From Candidatus Gottesmanbacteria bacterium RIFCSPHIGHO2_02_FULL_39_11 (GTDB lineage: Bacteria > Patescibacteriota > Microgenomatia > 2-02-FULL-39-11), in the NCBI GenBank assembly GCA_001779195.1, contig MFJL01000044.1:19199-54430 (forward strand): a stretch of 35,232 nt of DNA, given 5' to 3'. The notes beneath the pieces are model-generated. The model saw nothing but the letters and a program-made list of their open reading frames with translations, did no database searches and was not told the origin of the DNA. The position numbers and the translations under genes were made by a program. Of this stretch, positions 25,741-34,504 are shown in pieces; the first letter of the stretch is position 1, and each line of letters begins with the position of its first letter.

Positions 25741-26832
25741 TTATATAAATCTTTTCTTCAAAAGATATCCGAGAGAGATGGCTGCCAATGTGCCAACAGA
25801 TACATCTGTAATAGTCGTCACACTATCTCCTGTATCTGCAAGAACAGTAGGTTCAGCTCCTCCGATTCCGTATCCGGTGATAGGTCCGGGATCAGATGAG
25901 AGTTCGCTTGTCGGATCAGAAGGCTGACAGTTATTCAGCGCGTAGACAATAAAGTAATATTTCACATTGGGTGCTAGATTTCCGACTTCATAATGAGTTA
26001 CATCCCCAGTTTGGGCCACTCCATAAATATAATTTCCGGTCTGCAAACCATATGAAATCATATAATTGTTTGCTCCCGGAACTTTTGTCCAGTCCAAAAC
26101 TGCAGTTGTTGAGTTTTTATATGAAACTGCAATTAAAGTTGGGGTTCCCGGCTTTAAATCCGGACAAATCGGTGCTCCCCTGTTTCCACCATCATTACTG
26201 GATGCTGAACTATCATCTGGTACATCAGTTGGCGTTGGGACTATTGTACCGGTTAGAGTAGGAGAAGGCGTTACACCTGAGCCTCCGCATGAAGTACCAT
26301 CCGTAGCCATTACTCCGTCTACATCATAACCATCCGCATCCGGGTCGGCAAAATTAGCCGGATGACTAATATCGGTAAGCCTTACATATCGTGCGCAGGA
26401 GACAGTCCGAGGCATTGCAACGTATCCGTCCTGAACTACTGTTCCTGCATAATGCCATATCAGGTTATCATCAGATAATTCTACTTGTACCCGTTCAAAG
26501 GGATATTCGGGATTAGTTGCTTCTACAAGCACCACACCATTACTTATAGGGTTATCAAACTGCAACACCATGGATCCGCCAAATCCTAAAGAATAAAAAT
26601 TACCTTCAGTCGTATCATTTTCAGCAACACCAAGTGCTGAGGAAGGATTGCTTCTTAACGGATAAAATGAAGATACGGGTTGCCCATTTAAAGTAAGTCC
26701 CTGATTGGTTGAAACCACACTATCTGCCCAGGGACCGGAACCATCAGGAGCAGCTGCTAAAACTGGCGGGGAGTTAACAAACATAAAAAAAGAGGTGAAT
26801 AATACAGCCAAACCAAAAATTATTTTTACCAT
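25741..26832 (-). CDS. Sortase-sorted surface protein (signal peptide, beta-sandwich domain, PT linker, Fn3, LADTG sorting signal)
   Basis: Signal peptide ending PVLA; SLGFGG-containing domain; TPSPT...PTPT linker; Fn3 pattern; C-terminal LADTG, moderately hydrophobic stretch, KKRFI. Confidence 0.78.
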   Translation of the reverse strand: MVKIIFGLAVLFTSFFMFVNSPPVLAAAPDGSGPWADSVVSTNQGLTLNGQPVSSFYPLRSNPSSALGVAENDTTEGNFYSLGFGGSMVLQFDNPISNGVVLVEATNPEYPFERVQVELSDDNLIWHYAGTVVQDGYVAMPRTVSCARYVRLTDISHPANFADPDADGYDVDGVMATDGTSCGGSGVTPSPTLTGTIVPTPTDVPDDSSASSNDGGNRGAPICPDLKPGTPTLIAVSYKNSTTAVLDWTKVPGANNYMISYGLQTGNYIYGVAQTGDVTHYEVGNLAPNVKYYFIVYALNNCQPSDPTSELSSDPGPITGYGIGGAEPTVLADTGDSVTTITDVSVGTLAAISLGYLLKKRFI

Positions 26833-26894
26833 AAAAAATTAAATTTAATACTATTTAATAATTAGGTTTTGCATTATAACATATTTATATAGGA

Positions 26895-26923
26895 TTGCAA
26901 GTTCCGGGAAAGAATGCTAAAAT
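26895..26923 (+). promoter_or_regulatory. Putative sigma70 promoter TTGCAA-N17-TAAAAT (second TGATATAAT at 26925-26933)
   Basis: Consensus-like hexamers with 17-nt spacer and TG extension, upstream of the CDP-sugar operon. Confidence 0.55.
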
Positions 26924-26947
26924 ATGATATAATTGGATACTCTGATT

Positions 26948-28201
26948 ATGGAAAAAAATATTCACTCCAATTTGCACTGCAGGCTGTGTGATTCTCCGAT
27001 TGATTCGATTGTTATCGATTTAGGCCTTTCTCCAATTGCCAACGATTTAATTGCCATTGAAGATGCATATAAAGGAGAGACTTTTTTTCCGTTAACTATG
27101 TATCTATGTAAAGATTGCCTTTTGGCACAGGTACCTACTTTTAAAAAAGAAGAGGAAATATTTACGGATCATTATCCCTACTTTTCATCTTTTTCTTCCT
27201 CGTGGCTTCTCCATGCCAAAACGTATGTTGAGATGATGATTAAAAGGTTCAATTTGAACAAAAATCACAAAATAATTGAAATAGCATCAAATGACGGATA
27301 TCTCCTCCAGTACTTCAAGGAGAAAAATTATGACATTCTGGGAATTGAGCCGACACGAAATACGGCAGAGGTTGCCGTAAAAAAAGGAATTCCTACCCGG
27401 ATAGAATTTTTTGGGAAAGATTTAGCATTAAAAATGAAAAAAGAAGGCATAACGGCAGATATAATGATTGCCAACAACGTAGCAGCACATGTACCCGATA
27501 TAAATGACTTCCTGTCCGGCTTTCCAATTCTTTTAAAAGAAGAAGGTATACTCACAATTGAAGTACAACACCTCTATGAGCTTTTGAAAAAAAATCAGTT
27601 TGATACTATTTATCATGAGCATTTTTATTACTGGTCACTTCACAGCATAAAAAAAGCGCTTGAAACTCACGGACTGAAAGTTTTTGATTTTGAATCTCTC
27701 ACGACACACGGAGGTTCCATGAGGATTTTTGCCTGTAAAAAAGATTCGCGTACTCATAAAGTATCTTCCAATGTAAATAGAATGCTTCAAATTGAAAAAG
27801 AATTCGGAATAACATCGGACAAAGGATATAGAAATATTTCTAAGTGTGCTCAAAAAATACGGGTAGATCTTTTAAATCTACTCTATAAGCTCAAAAAAGA
27901 AGGAAAAAGAATCGCGGCATATGGAGCGCCCGCAAAAGGAAATACCCTTCTAAACTTCTCCTCGATACGAAAAGATTTTATTGATTACACCGTTGATGCC
28001 AATCCCCACAAACAGAATCATCTTCTGCCGGGAACACGGATTCCTATTTTTAATCCTGATATAATTAAAAAAGATAAACCGAATTATGTTCTTATCCTTC
28101 CGTGGAATCTAAAAGATGAAATAACTGACGATCTTTCCTTTATAAGAGAATGGGGAGGCAGGTTTATTATTCCCGTTCCAAGTGTAGAAATTGTCTTATG
28201 A
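26948..28201 (+). CDS. NDP-hexose C-methyltransferase (TylCIII/NovU-like)
   Basis: CRLC...CKDC zinc site, YPYFSS, IEIASNDGYLL, FDTIYHEH, THGGS, YGAPAKGNT, LPWN. Start set at ATG 26948. Confidence 0.92.
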   Translation: MEKNIHSNLHCRLCDSPIDSIVIDLGLSPIANDLIAIEDAYKGETFFPLTMYLCKDCLLAQVPTFKKEEEIFTDHYPYFSSFSSSWLLHAKTYVEMMIKRFNLNKNHKIIEIASNDGYLLQYFKEKNYDILGIEPTRNTAEVAVKKGIPTRIEFFGKDLALKMKKEGITADIMIANNVAAHVPDINDFLSGFPILLKEEGILTIEVQHLYELLKKNQFDTIYHEHFYYWSLHSIKKALETHGLKVFDFESLTTHGGSMRIFACKKDSRTHKVSSNVNRMLQIEKEFGITSDKGYRNISKCAQKIRVDLLNLLYKLKKEGKRIAAYGAPAKGNTLLNFSSIRKDFIDYTVDANPHKQNHLLPGTRIPIFNPDIIKKDKPNYVLILPWNLKDEITDDLSFIREWGGRFIIPVPSVEIVL

Positions 28202-28740
28202 AAATAATACCAACTAGTATTCGCGATGCATTTATTATAGAATCTGAACCCATTTCAGATGATAGAGGATTTTTTGCAAGCCTTTCAAACTCAAACGAAT
28301 TTAAAAAACAAAACCTCGAAACAGAGTATGATAGAATGGCAGTTTCTCAAAATAATAAGAAAGGTACATTAAGAGGCCTGCATTACCAGCTTCCTCCCAA
28401 GCAGGAAGTAAAGTTAATACGCTGCATTAAAGGAAAAATATATGACGTTATTGTTGATATAAGAAAGTCCTCTCCCTCATATAAAAAATATTTTGCGGTC
28501 GAGTTGACCCCTGAAAATTTGAAATCTCTTTATGCTCCGAAAGGAGTTGCTCATGCTTTTCTGACTCTTTCGGATAATACACAGGTACTCTATCAGATCA
28601 GTTCAGACTACCAACCGGATTTATACCGCGGAGTAAGATTTAATGATCCCGCGTTTGGAATTTTCTGGCCTATTGCACCCACCATTATCCATCCCAGAGA
28701 TGCCTCGTATCCTGACTTTACGGATAAAGACGCAGTGTAA
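28198..28740 (+). CDS. rfbC: dTDP-4-dehydrorhamnose 3,5-epimerase family (RmlC-like cupin)
   Basis: DDRGFF, GTLRGLHYQ, KLIRC..G.IYDVIVDIR, GVAHAF.TL, FNDP..GI.WP; ATGA overlap at 28198. Confidence 0.9.
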   Translation: MKIIPTSIRDAFIIESEPISDDRGFFASLSNSNEFKKQNLETEYDRMAVSQNNKKGTLRGLHYQLPPKQEVKLIRCIKGKIYDVIVDIRKSSPSYKKYFAVELTPENLKSLYAPKGVAHAFLTLSDNTQVLYQISSDYQPDLYRGVRFNDPAFGIFWPIAPTIIHPRDASYPDFTDKDAV

Positions 28741-28743
28741 TAT

Positions 28744-30012
28744 ATGATTTCAAAAAATATCGGCGCTTCGATATACGGTCTTATCTCTTCTCTATATCCA
28801 ATTAACCGGTCATTAACCGGACCGGGAGTTACCCAGACTCTTGAAATTCTTAAAAAACATATACCTATCTATATACATTCAATACCAACGGGTAACAAAG
28901 TTTTAGATTGGACTGTTCCTCAGGAGTGGACAATAACGGATGCGTGGATCAAAAATTCAAAAGGAGAAAAAGTTGTTGATTTCAAGGAAAATAATCTTCA
29001 TATCGTGGGATATTCAACTCCATTTAATGGAAAATTATCACTTACCCAGCTTAAAAAACGTCTGCATACCCTGCCTGAGAAACCGGATTGGATTCCTTAT
29101 AAAACTTCTTATTATAAGAAAACATGGGGATTTTGCTTAACTCAAAAAGTCTACGATAGGTTAACTGAAGATATATACGAAGTTTGCATTGATTCGACTC
29201 TCACAAAAGGATCGTTAAAATATGCAGAATTAATCATTCCAGGTGAAAGTGAAAAGGAAATTATCATCTCCTCTCATATCTGTCATCCCTCCCTTGCTAA
29301 TGATAATTTATCATCCGTTGCGGTATCTGTTTTTCTGGCTAAATATCTTTTGAAGAGGAAAAATAAATATACTTACCGGTTTATTTTTGCCCCGGGAACC
29401 ATAGGAGCAATCGTGTGGCTTAATAAAAATCAGAAAGAGATAAAAAACATTTTGGGAGGAATCGTGCTTGCCGGAATTGGAGATAAAGGAGCCCCTACGT
29501 ACAAAAAAACTCTCTCTGGCAACTCTGTTATTGATTATGCATTTGAAAAAGTTCTGAGTGAAAGAAATAAGAAACATTCCATTATTAATTATTTCCCCTA
29601 CGGGTATGATGAGAGACAGTACAATAGTCCCGGATTTAATTTGCCTGTCGGGTGTTTTATGAGAACACCCTGGGGAGAGTATCCGGAGTATCATACAAGC
29701 GCCGATAACCTGAAGTTTATATCACAAGCTAGTCTTGAAGATTCTTATGCTATAATCCTCGATGCCTTAGAGGAATTTGATACCCAGATCTTTTATAAAA
29801 ATATGCATCCTTTTGCCGAACCCCTGCTTTCCCGGCATGGATACTATGAATCCATTCCTTCATCTTTACATATGGCATGTCTCTGGACACTGGCCTTATC
29901 TGAGGGACGTACCCCTCTTTCTCTTGTCAGCTTGCGCTCGGGAATAGAAATAGAGAAGATTGAAAAATCAGCACAGCTTCTGGAAAAAATTTACTTGCTT
30001 AAAAAATGTTAA
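28744..30012 (+). CDS. DUF4910 family aminopeptidase-like protein of polysaccharide clusters
   Basis: LYPINRSLTGPG, DWTVPQEW, NLHIVGYS, IPYKTSYY...WGFC, HICHPSLANDNLS, GYDERQY.SPG, YPEYHTSAD. Confidence 0.88.
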   Translation: MISKNIGASIYGLISSLYPINRSLTGPGVTQTLEILKKHIPIYIHSIPTGNKVLDWTVPQEWTITDAWIKNSKGEKVVDFKENNLHIVGYSTPFNGKLSLTQLKKRLHTLPEKPDWIPYKTSYYKKTWGFCLTQKVYDRLTEDIYEVCIDSTLTKGSLKYAELIIPGESEKEIIISSHICHPSLANDNLSSVAVSVFLAKYLLKRKNKYTYRFIFAPGTIGAIVWLNKNQKEIKNILGGIVLAGIGDKGAPTYKKTLSGNSVIDYAFEKVLSERNKKHSIINYFPYGYDERQYNSPGFNLPVGCFMRTPWGEYPEYHTSADNLKFISQASLEDSYAIILDALEEFDTQIFYKNMHPFAEPLLSRHGYYESIPSSLHMACLWTLALSEGRTPLSLVSLRSGIEIEKIEKSAQLLEKIYLLKKC

Positions 30013-30740
30013 CCGAACAAATAATAGTCATCACAGGCGCGTATGGAGGAGTAGGAGAAGCAATCGCAAAAGATTTAGCTTCCCGGGGAGCAAATCTGTG
30101 TCTTACCGGAAAAGATGGGAACAAACTTGAGAGGTTGAAACTTAGCATATTACAAAAAAGAAAAAATACTTATCCTCATCAACATATTGAATGCTATCCA
30201 GCGGATTTGAAGGAACCACCCTGCATTGACGCGATGGCAAAAGAACTTACAGCCGTTCATCCGAAAATTCATGCTCTTATCCATACGGCAGGAATAATTT
30301 TCAGTGACGTTCAGATCGCTGCCTCTCCTCAACTGGAAAAGGAACAGCTTCAAATAAATACGGAAGCTCCTTCCCATTTAACCCAACTTTTGCTTCCTTC
30401 TTTGGCAGACTGTCAAAGTATTATTATTTTTATCAACTCATCTGCGGGCATACGCGAAAAAGAGGGTTTTGGGAAATACAGCAAGTCAAAATCACAATTG
30501 AAACAGGATGCGGACGATCTAAGAAAAACGATTAATCCCCGGGGAATCCGAGTAACAAGCGTATATTTAGGAAGAACCGCGACCCCCATGCAGAAAAGGC
30601 TACATAGAGAATCGAATCAGCCTTACCACCCGGAAAACCTCATTCAGCCTGATGATATAGCTCATCTTATTACCTTACTTCTTACACTTCCCAAAACGTC
30701 TGAGGTGACTGATATTCATGTCCGGCCGACCAAGAAATAA
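30006..30740 (+). CDS. Short-chain dehydrogenase/reductase
   Basis: ITGAYGGVG, HTAG, INSSAG, YSKSK (YxxxK), GRTATPMQ. Confidence 0.88.
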   Translation: MLTEQIIVITGAYGGVGEAIAKDLASRGANLCLTGKDGNKLERLKLSILQKRKNTYPHQHIECYPADLKEPPCIDAMAKELTAVHPKIHALIHTAGIIFSDVQIAASPQLEKEQLQINTEAPSHLTQLLLPSLADCQSIIIFINSSAGIREKEGFGKYSKSKSQLKQDADDLRKTINPRGIRVTSVYLGRTATPMQKRLHRESNQPYHPENLIQPDDIAHLITLLLTLPKTSEVTDIHVRPTKK

Positions 30741-30863
30741 GTATAATTTAAGTTCACTTCTATTTCGTATTTTGAGTTCTACACTTTATGAGTTATAATA
30801 AGCCGTTATAGATAAGTTATAGGTTTATTACTATTACAAACATATAAACGGTATAATTAATTT

Positions 30864-31805
30864 ATGATCTTAAAAAAGAACGGTCGAAAACTAAATATAA
30901 TCGCGGGTATCCCTGCAATGAATAATATTTCTTTTACTATCGGGATTCCTACTCGAAATCCTGATAAATTTTTGGTACATGCTACTGAGTCTGTTTCCAA
31001 AAGTACTCATCTAGATAAAGCAAGAATACTGGTTGTTTCAGATACTAGAAGTCCTGTTAAGCCTCATATCTTGAACTCTCTTAAAAAAAATGGAGCTGAG
31101 GTTATTTTCATCCCGGGAAATCACACTCAGACTGAGAAAATGAATATTATTTTTAAAAAAATTAATTCTGAAGTATTAATTCTCACCCAAGATGATGTTC
31201 AGTTCTCACCTGACGCTCTTTTTAAGATTCTTAGTATATTTAAAAAATCTCCCGAGATAACTATGGTTGGCGCAGATATTCTTCCCTTTCCAAAAGTTTC
31301 TTTGTTAAATAAAATCCTTGAAGTAGGACTTAGAATTGTCAGATATGTCGGGACTGAATTTAACAATGGAGATAATTACCTGATGGCAAACGGAAGATGT
31401 ATTGCTTTAAGAAAGAATATTTTTAAAAAAATAGAATTTCCAAACAATCTTATTAATGGAGACGCATACCTCTATTTTCAAAACAAAAAATTAGGAGGTA
31501 AATTCAAATTTGCAAAAGACGCTGTAGTGTACAATCAAACCCCTCATGTGTTATCCAAACAAATTAGCCAGAGCGAAAGGTTTCTTTTTTCCAAAAAAGA
31601 GCTTTCCAATTATTTTGACGAAATTAGGTCAGAGTATAAAATCCCGTACCTCCTTTTTGTAAGAGCACTCGTATCAGAATTTATAAGAACCCCGGTATAC
31701 TGTATACTTTATCTTCTTTTTAGGTGTATAAGTTACATCAAATACCATTTTTTCCCCAATAATCTTACTCCTTTTTGGAACAATACTTACTCAGGTAGTA
31801 AATAA
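30864..31805 (+). CDS. Glycosyltransferase family 2
   Basis: TIGIPTRN, VVSD, LTQDD, ANGRCIALR, GDAYLY; alternative start at ATG 30918. Confidence 0.82.
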   Translation: MILKKNGRKLNIIAGIPAMNNISFTIGIPTRNPDKFLVHATESVSKSTHLDKARILVVSDTRSPVKPHILNSLKKNGAEVIFIPGNHTQTEKMNIIFKKINSEVLILTQDDVQFSPDALFKILSIFKKSPEITMVGADILPFPKVSLLNKILEVGLRIVRYVGTEFNNGDNYLMANGRCIALRKNIFKKIEFPNNLINGDAYLYFQNKKLGGKFKFAKDAVVYNQTPHVLSKQISQSERFLFSKKELSNYFDEIRSEYKIPYLLFVRALVSEFIRTPVYCILYLLFRCISYIKYHFFPNNLTPFWNNTYSGSK

Positions 31806-31891
31806 AACACAATTTATCTTATGCAATTTTAAAAAATCACTGTATTTTTTATAACAATTACTATAAGCTTTATGATACAATTATATACCTT

Positions 31892-32668
31892 ATGAAAACA
31901 GTAATTCTGGCAGGGGGATTTGGGACACGGTTATCAGAAGAGACAGGCGTTCGTCCCAAACCCATGGTTGAGATAGGCGGGAGGCCAATTCTCTGGCATA
32001 TCATGAAAACTTATTCCCATTATGGAATTAATGATTTTATAGTATGTCTCGGATATAAGGGCCATATGATTACGGACTATTTTTCCCAATATTTTTTGCA
32101 GAATGCAGATGTGATGTTTGATCTAAGGAAAAACAGTGTAGAAATTCTTCAAAACAGATCAGAACCCTGGAAGATAACTCTGGTTGATACCGGAGAAGAT
32201 ACGATGACCGGAGGACGGTTAAAGAGAGTGTCAAGACATGTAGAGGGTGAACCGTTTTGCCTCACATATGGAGACGGACTGACGGATCTTAATATCAAAA
32301 CTCTCATTTCATTTCATAAATCACAAAAGACACTCGCAACTCTTACTGCTGTCCAGCCTCCCGGAAGATTCGGGGCATTTACTTTACCTGAAAAGAATTC
32401 AAAAGTTTCCCATTTTCAGGAAAAACCAAAAGGAGACGGTGCATGGATAAACGGAGGATATTTTGTTCTGGAGCCGGGAATTTTTGACTATATTGAGGGA
32501 GATAAAACTATTTGGGAACAGGATTCTCTCAAAAAACTTGCTCAGGATGGACAGTTGAGCGCCTATAAACACACGGGGTACTGGCAAAATATGGATACAC
32601 TTCGGGACAAGATTGTTTTGGATACATTGTGGAATGAAAAAAAAGCTCCGTGGAAGGTGTGGAAATAA
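31892..32668 (+). CDS. rfbF: Glucose-1-phosphate cytidylyltransferase
   Basis: VILAGGFGTRLSEET..RPKPMVEIG, VDTG..TMTGGRLKR, LTYGDG, WINGG, MDTLRDK, APWKVW. Confidence 0.95.
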   Translation: MKTVILAGGFGTRLSEETGVRPKPMVEIGGRPILWHIMKTYSHYGINDFIVCLGYKGHMITDYFSQYFLQNADVMFDLRKNSVEILQNRSEPWKITLVDTGEDTMTGGRLKRVSRHVEGEPFCLTYGDGLTDLNIKTLISFHKSQKTLATLTAVQPPGRFGAFTLPEKNSKVSHFQEKPKGDGAWINGGYFVLEPGIFDYIEGDKTIWEQDSLKKLAQDGQLSAYKHTGYWQNMDTLRDKIVLDTLWNEKKAPWKVWK

Positions 32669-32669
32669 C

Positions 32670-33692
32670 ATGAAAATTTTATTAACCGGAAATGAAGGAT
32701 ATATCGGAGCCATTCTTTCTGACGCGCTGTTAAACGAAGGGTTTGACGCGGTCGGTTACGACACAGGATTTTATAACCGGGGTTCCCTCTACACAGGACC
32801 TAAAAAGTTAAAAAGAACCATACGAAAAGACATAAGAGATATTGAAGAAAAAGACATGGAAGGAATTGATACGGTCATTCACCTGGCTGAACTTTCCAAT
32901 GATCCCTTAGGACAAAATAATCCTGAGTTAACTTATTTAATTAATCACGAAGGAACAAAAAAATTAATAGACGTCTGCAAAAAATCCGGAGTGAGCCGTT
33001 TTATATATTTTTCATCCTGCAGTGTATACGGGGCAAATGATGAGTATGTAGATGAAGACTCAGAAACACACCCGCTGACCATGTATGCTAAATGCAAAGT
33101 TCTAAATGAAAATTATTTACTCAAAAACTCAGACTCGCACTTTTCACCGATTATCTTCCGCAACGCAACCGTTTATGGTGCCAGTCCGAGGATGCGGTTT
33201 GATCTTGCCGTAAATAATTTGGCAGGAGTGGCATTCACGACACATGAAATAAAAATGGAGTCTGATGGGACTGCCTGGAGACCGTTTGTACATATACAGG
33301 ATGTTTCCCGGGCTGTAATTGCGGCTCTTAAAACTCCCAGTGAAATAACCCATAACCAAATAATTAATATAGGAAGCAAAAAGGGAAATTACCAGATCAA
33401 ATCAATCGCAGAAATAATCTCTGAGGTTTTTCCTAAGTGCCGCATCACCAAAAATTTAGCACAAGTTGATAAACGAAATTATAAAGTACATTTTGAAAAG
33501 GCGGAAAAGCTTCTTACAAGATTTTCATGTTCCTGGACCTTAGAAAAAGGCATTATTGAGCTTTTTGATAGGTTTAATACCATACATCTGACTAAAACAG
33601 ATTTTTATTCAAGTTCTTACACGCGTCTTGCAGAAATTTCACATCTGAAGAAAGAAGGAAAATTAGATAACACATTATTTTGGAGGAATTAA
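32670..33692 (+). CDS. NAD-dependent epimerase/dehydratase (extended SDR)
   Basis: LTGNEGYIG, HLAELSNDPLG, SSCSVYG, YAKCK, RMRFDL, WRPFVH. Start set at ATG 32670. Confidence 0.9.
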   Translation: MKILLTGNEGYIGAILSDALLNEGFDAVGYDTGFYNRGSLYTGPKKLKRTIRKDIRDIEEKDMEGIDTVIHLAELSNDPLGQNNPELTYLINHEGTKKLIDVCKKSGVSRFIYFSSCSVYGANDEYVDEDSETHPLTMYAKCKVLNENYLLKNSDSHFSPIIFRNATVYGASPRMRFDLAVNNLAGVAFTTHEIKMESDGTAWRPFVHIQDVSRAVIAALKTPSEITHNQIINIGSKKGNYQIKSIAEIISEVFPKCRITKNLAQVDKRNYKVHFEKAEKLLTRFSCSWTLEKGIIELFDRFNTIHLTKTDFYSSSYTRLAEISHLKKEGKLDNTLFWRN

Positions 33693-34501
33693 TGCCTACT
33701 AAACTTCAGCACTTTTTAATTAATGTCAGACACCTGTCTCAAATGATTCTTTCGGGATCTGTTTTTTCCACTATCATAAATTGGCCTGATTTTATACGTG
33801 AGTATTTTTATATGTCCCCCGGAAAAAAAGTTACCATAGTATTAAAAGACGGTACTAAATTTAAATTAAGAGCAAATTCGACAGACAAATGGTCCATACA
33901 TGAGATCATTCTCAGAGATGATTATAACATCACCAGACTTACCGAACAGAAACCTGTCATTTTAGACTTGGGCGCGGCCGAGGGTGTTTTTACGGTATAT
34001 GCTCTTAAGAAATATCCTAACGGACGAGTAATTGCGCTTGAGCCGACTAAAGAAAATTATAATCTTTTAAAAGAAAACGTCTCTCTTAACAGACTTGATG
34101 ATCGTGTCACAACATTACCGTATGCTTGTAGTTCTGAAAGCGGCTTTTCCCTTTTATATCTTAGTGTTGATAAAAGAGCACATTCTCTAATGGGATCCTT
34201 TTCCCAAGAAACAGTGACGATTCATACTATTTCTCTTCCTGATTTGTTTGCAAAATACCACCTGACATATTGCGACTTTATGAAAATCGATATCGAAGGA
34301 AGTGAATATGATATTTTTTATCACTTGCCATTTCCTTTTTTCAAAAAAATAAAACGAATCAGTATGGAATGCCACAATCTGGATAAGGACCAAAAAAATG
34401 GTGCTTTTCTTACACAATTCTTAAAAAAACAGGGATATTCCGTAGAGTATCATGAATCATTAGACGGATCCGTCGGGCAGCTCTTTGCACACCATTTCTG
34501 A
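33692..34501 (+). CDS. FkbM family methyltransferase
   Basis: ILDLGAAEG, ALEP, MKIDIEGSE, MECH; ATG 33692 overlaps the upstream TAA, with GGAGG upstream. Confidence 0.9.
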   Translation: MPTKLQHFLINVRHLSQMILSGSVFSTIINWPDFIREYFYMSPGKKVTIVLKDGTKFKLRANSTDKWSIHEIILRDDYNITRLTEQKPVILDLGAAEGVFTVYALKKYPNGRVIALEPTKENYNLLKENVSLNRLDDRVTTLPYACSSESGFSLLYLSVDKRAHSLMGSFSQETVTIHTISLPDLFAKYHLTYCDFMKIDIEGSEYDIFYHLPFPFFKKIKRISMECHNLDKDQKNGAFLTQFLKKQGYSVEYHESLDGSVGQLFAHHF

Positions 34502-34504
34502 TAT

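Noticed and set aside
3175-33379. Remaining short ORFs of 60-127 aa nested in or antisense to the annotated genes
   Set aside because: They lie within or largely overlap well-supported CDSs and have no family motifs.
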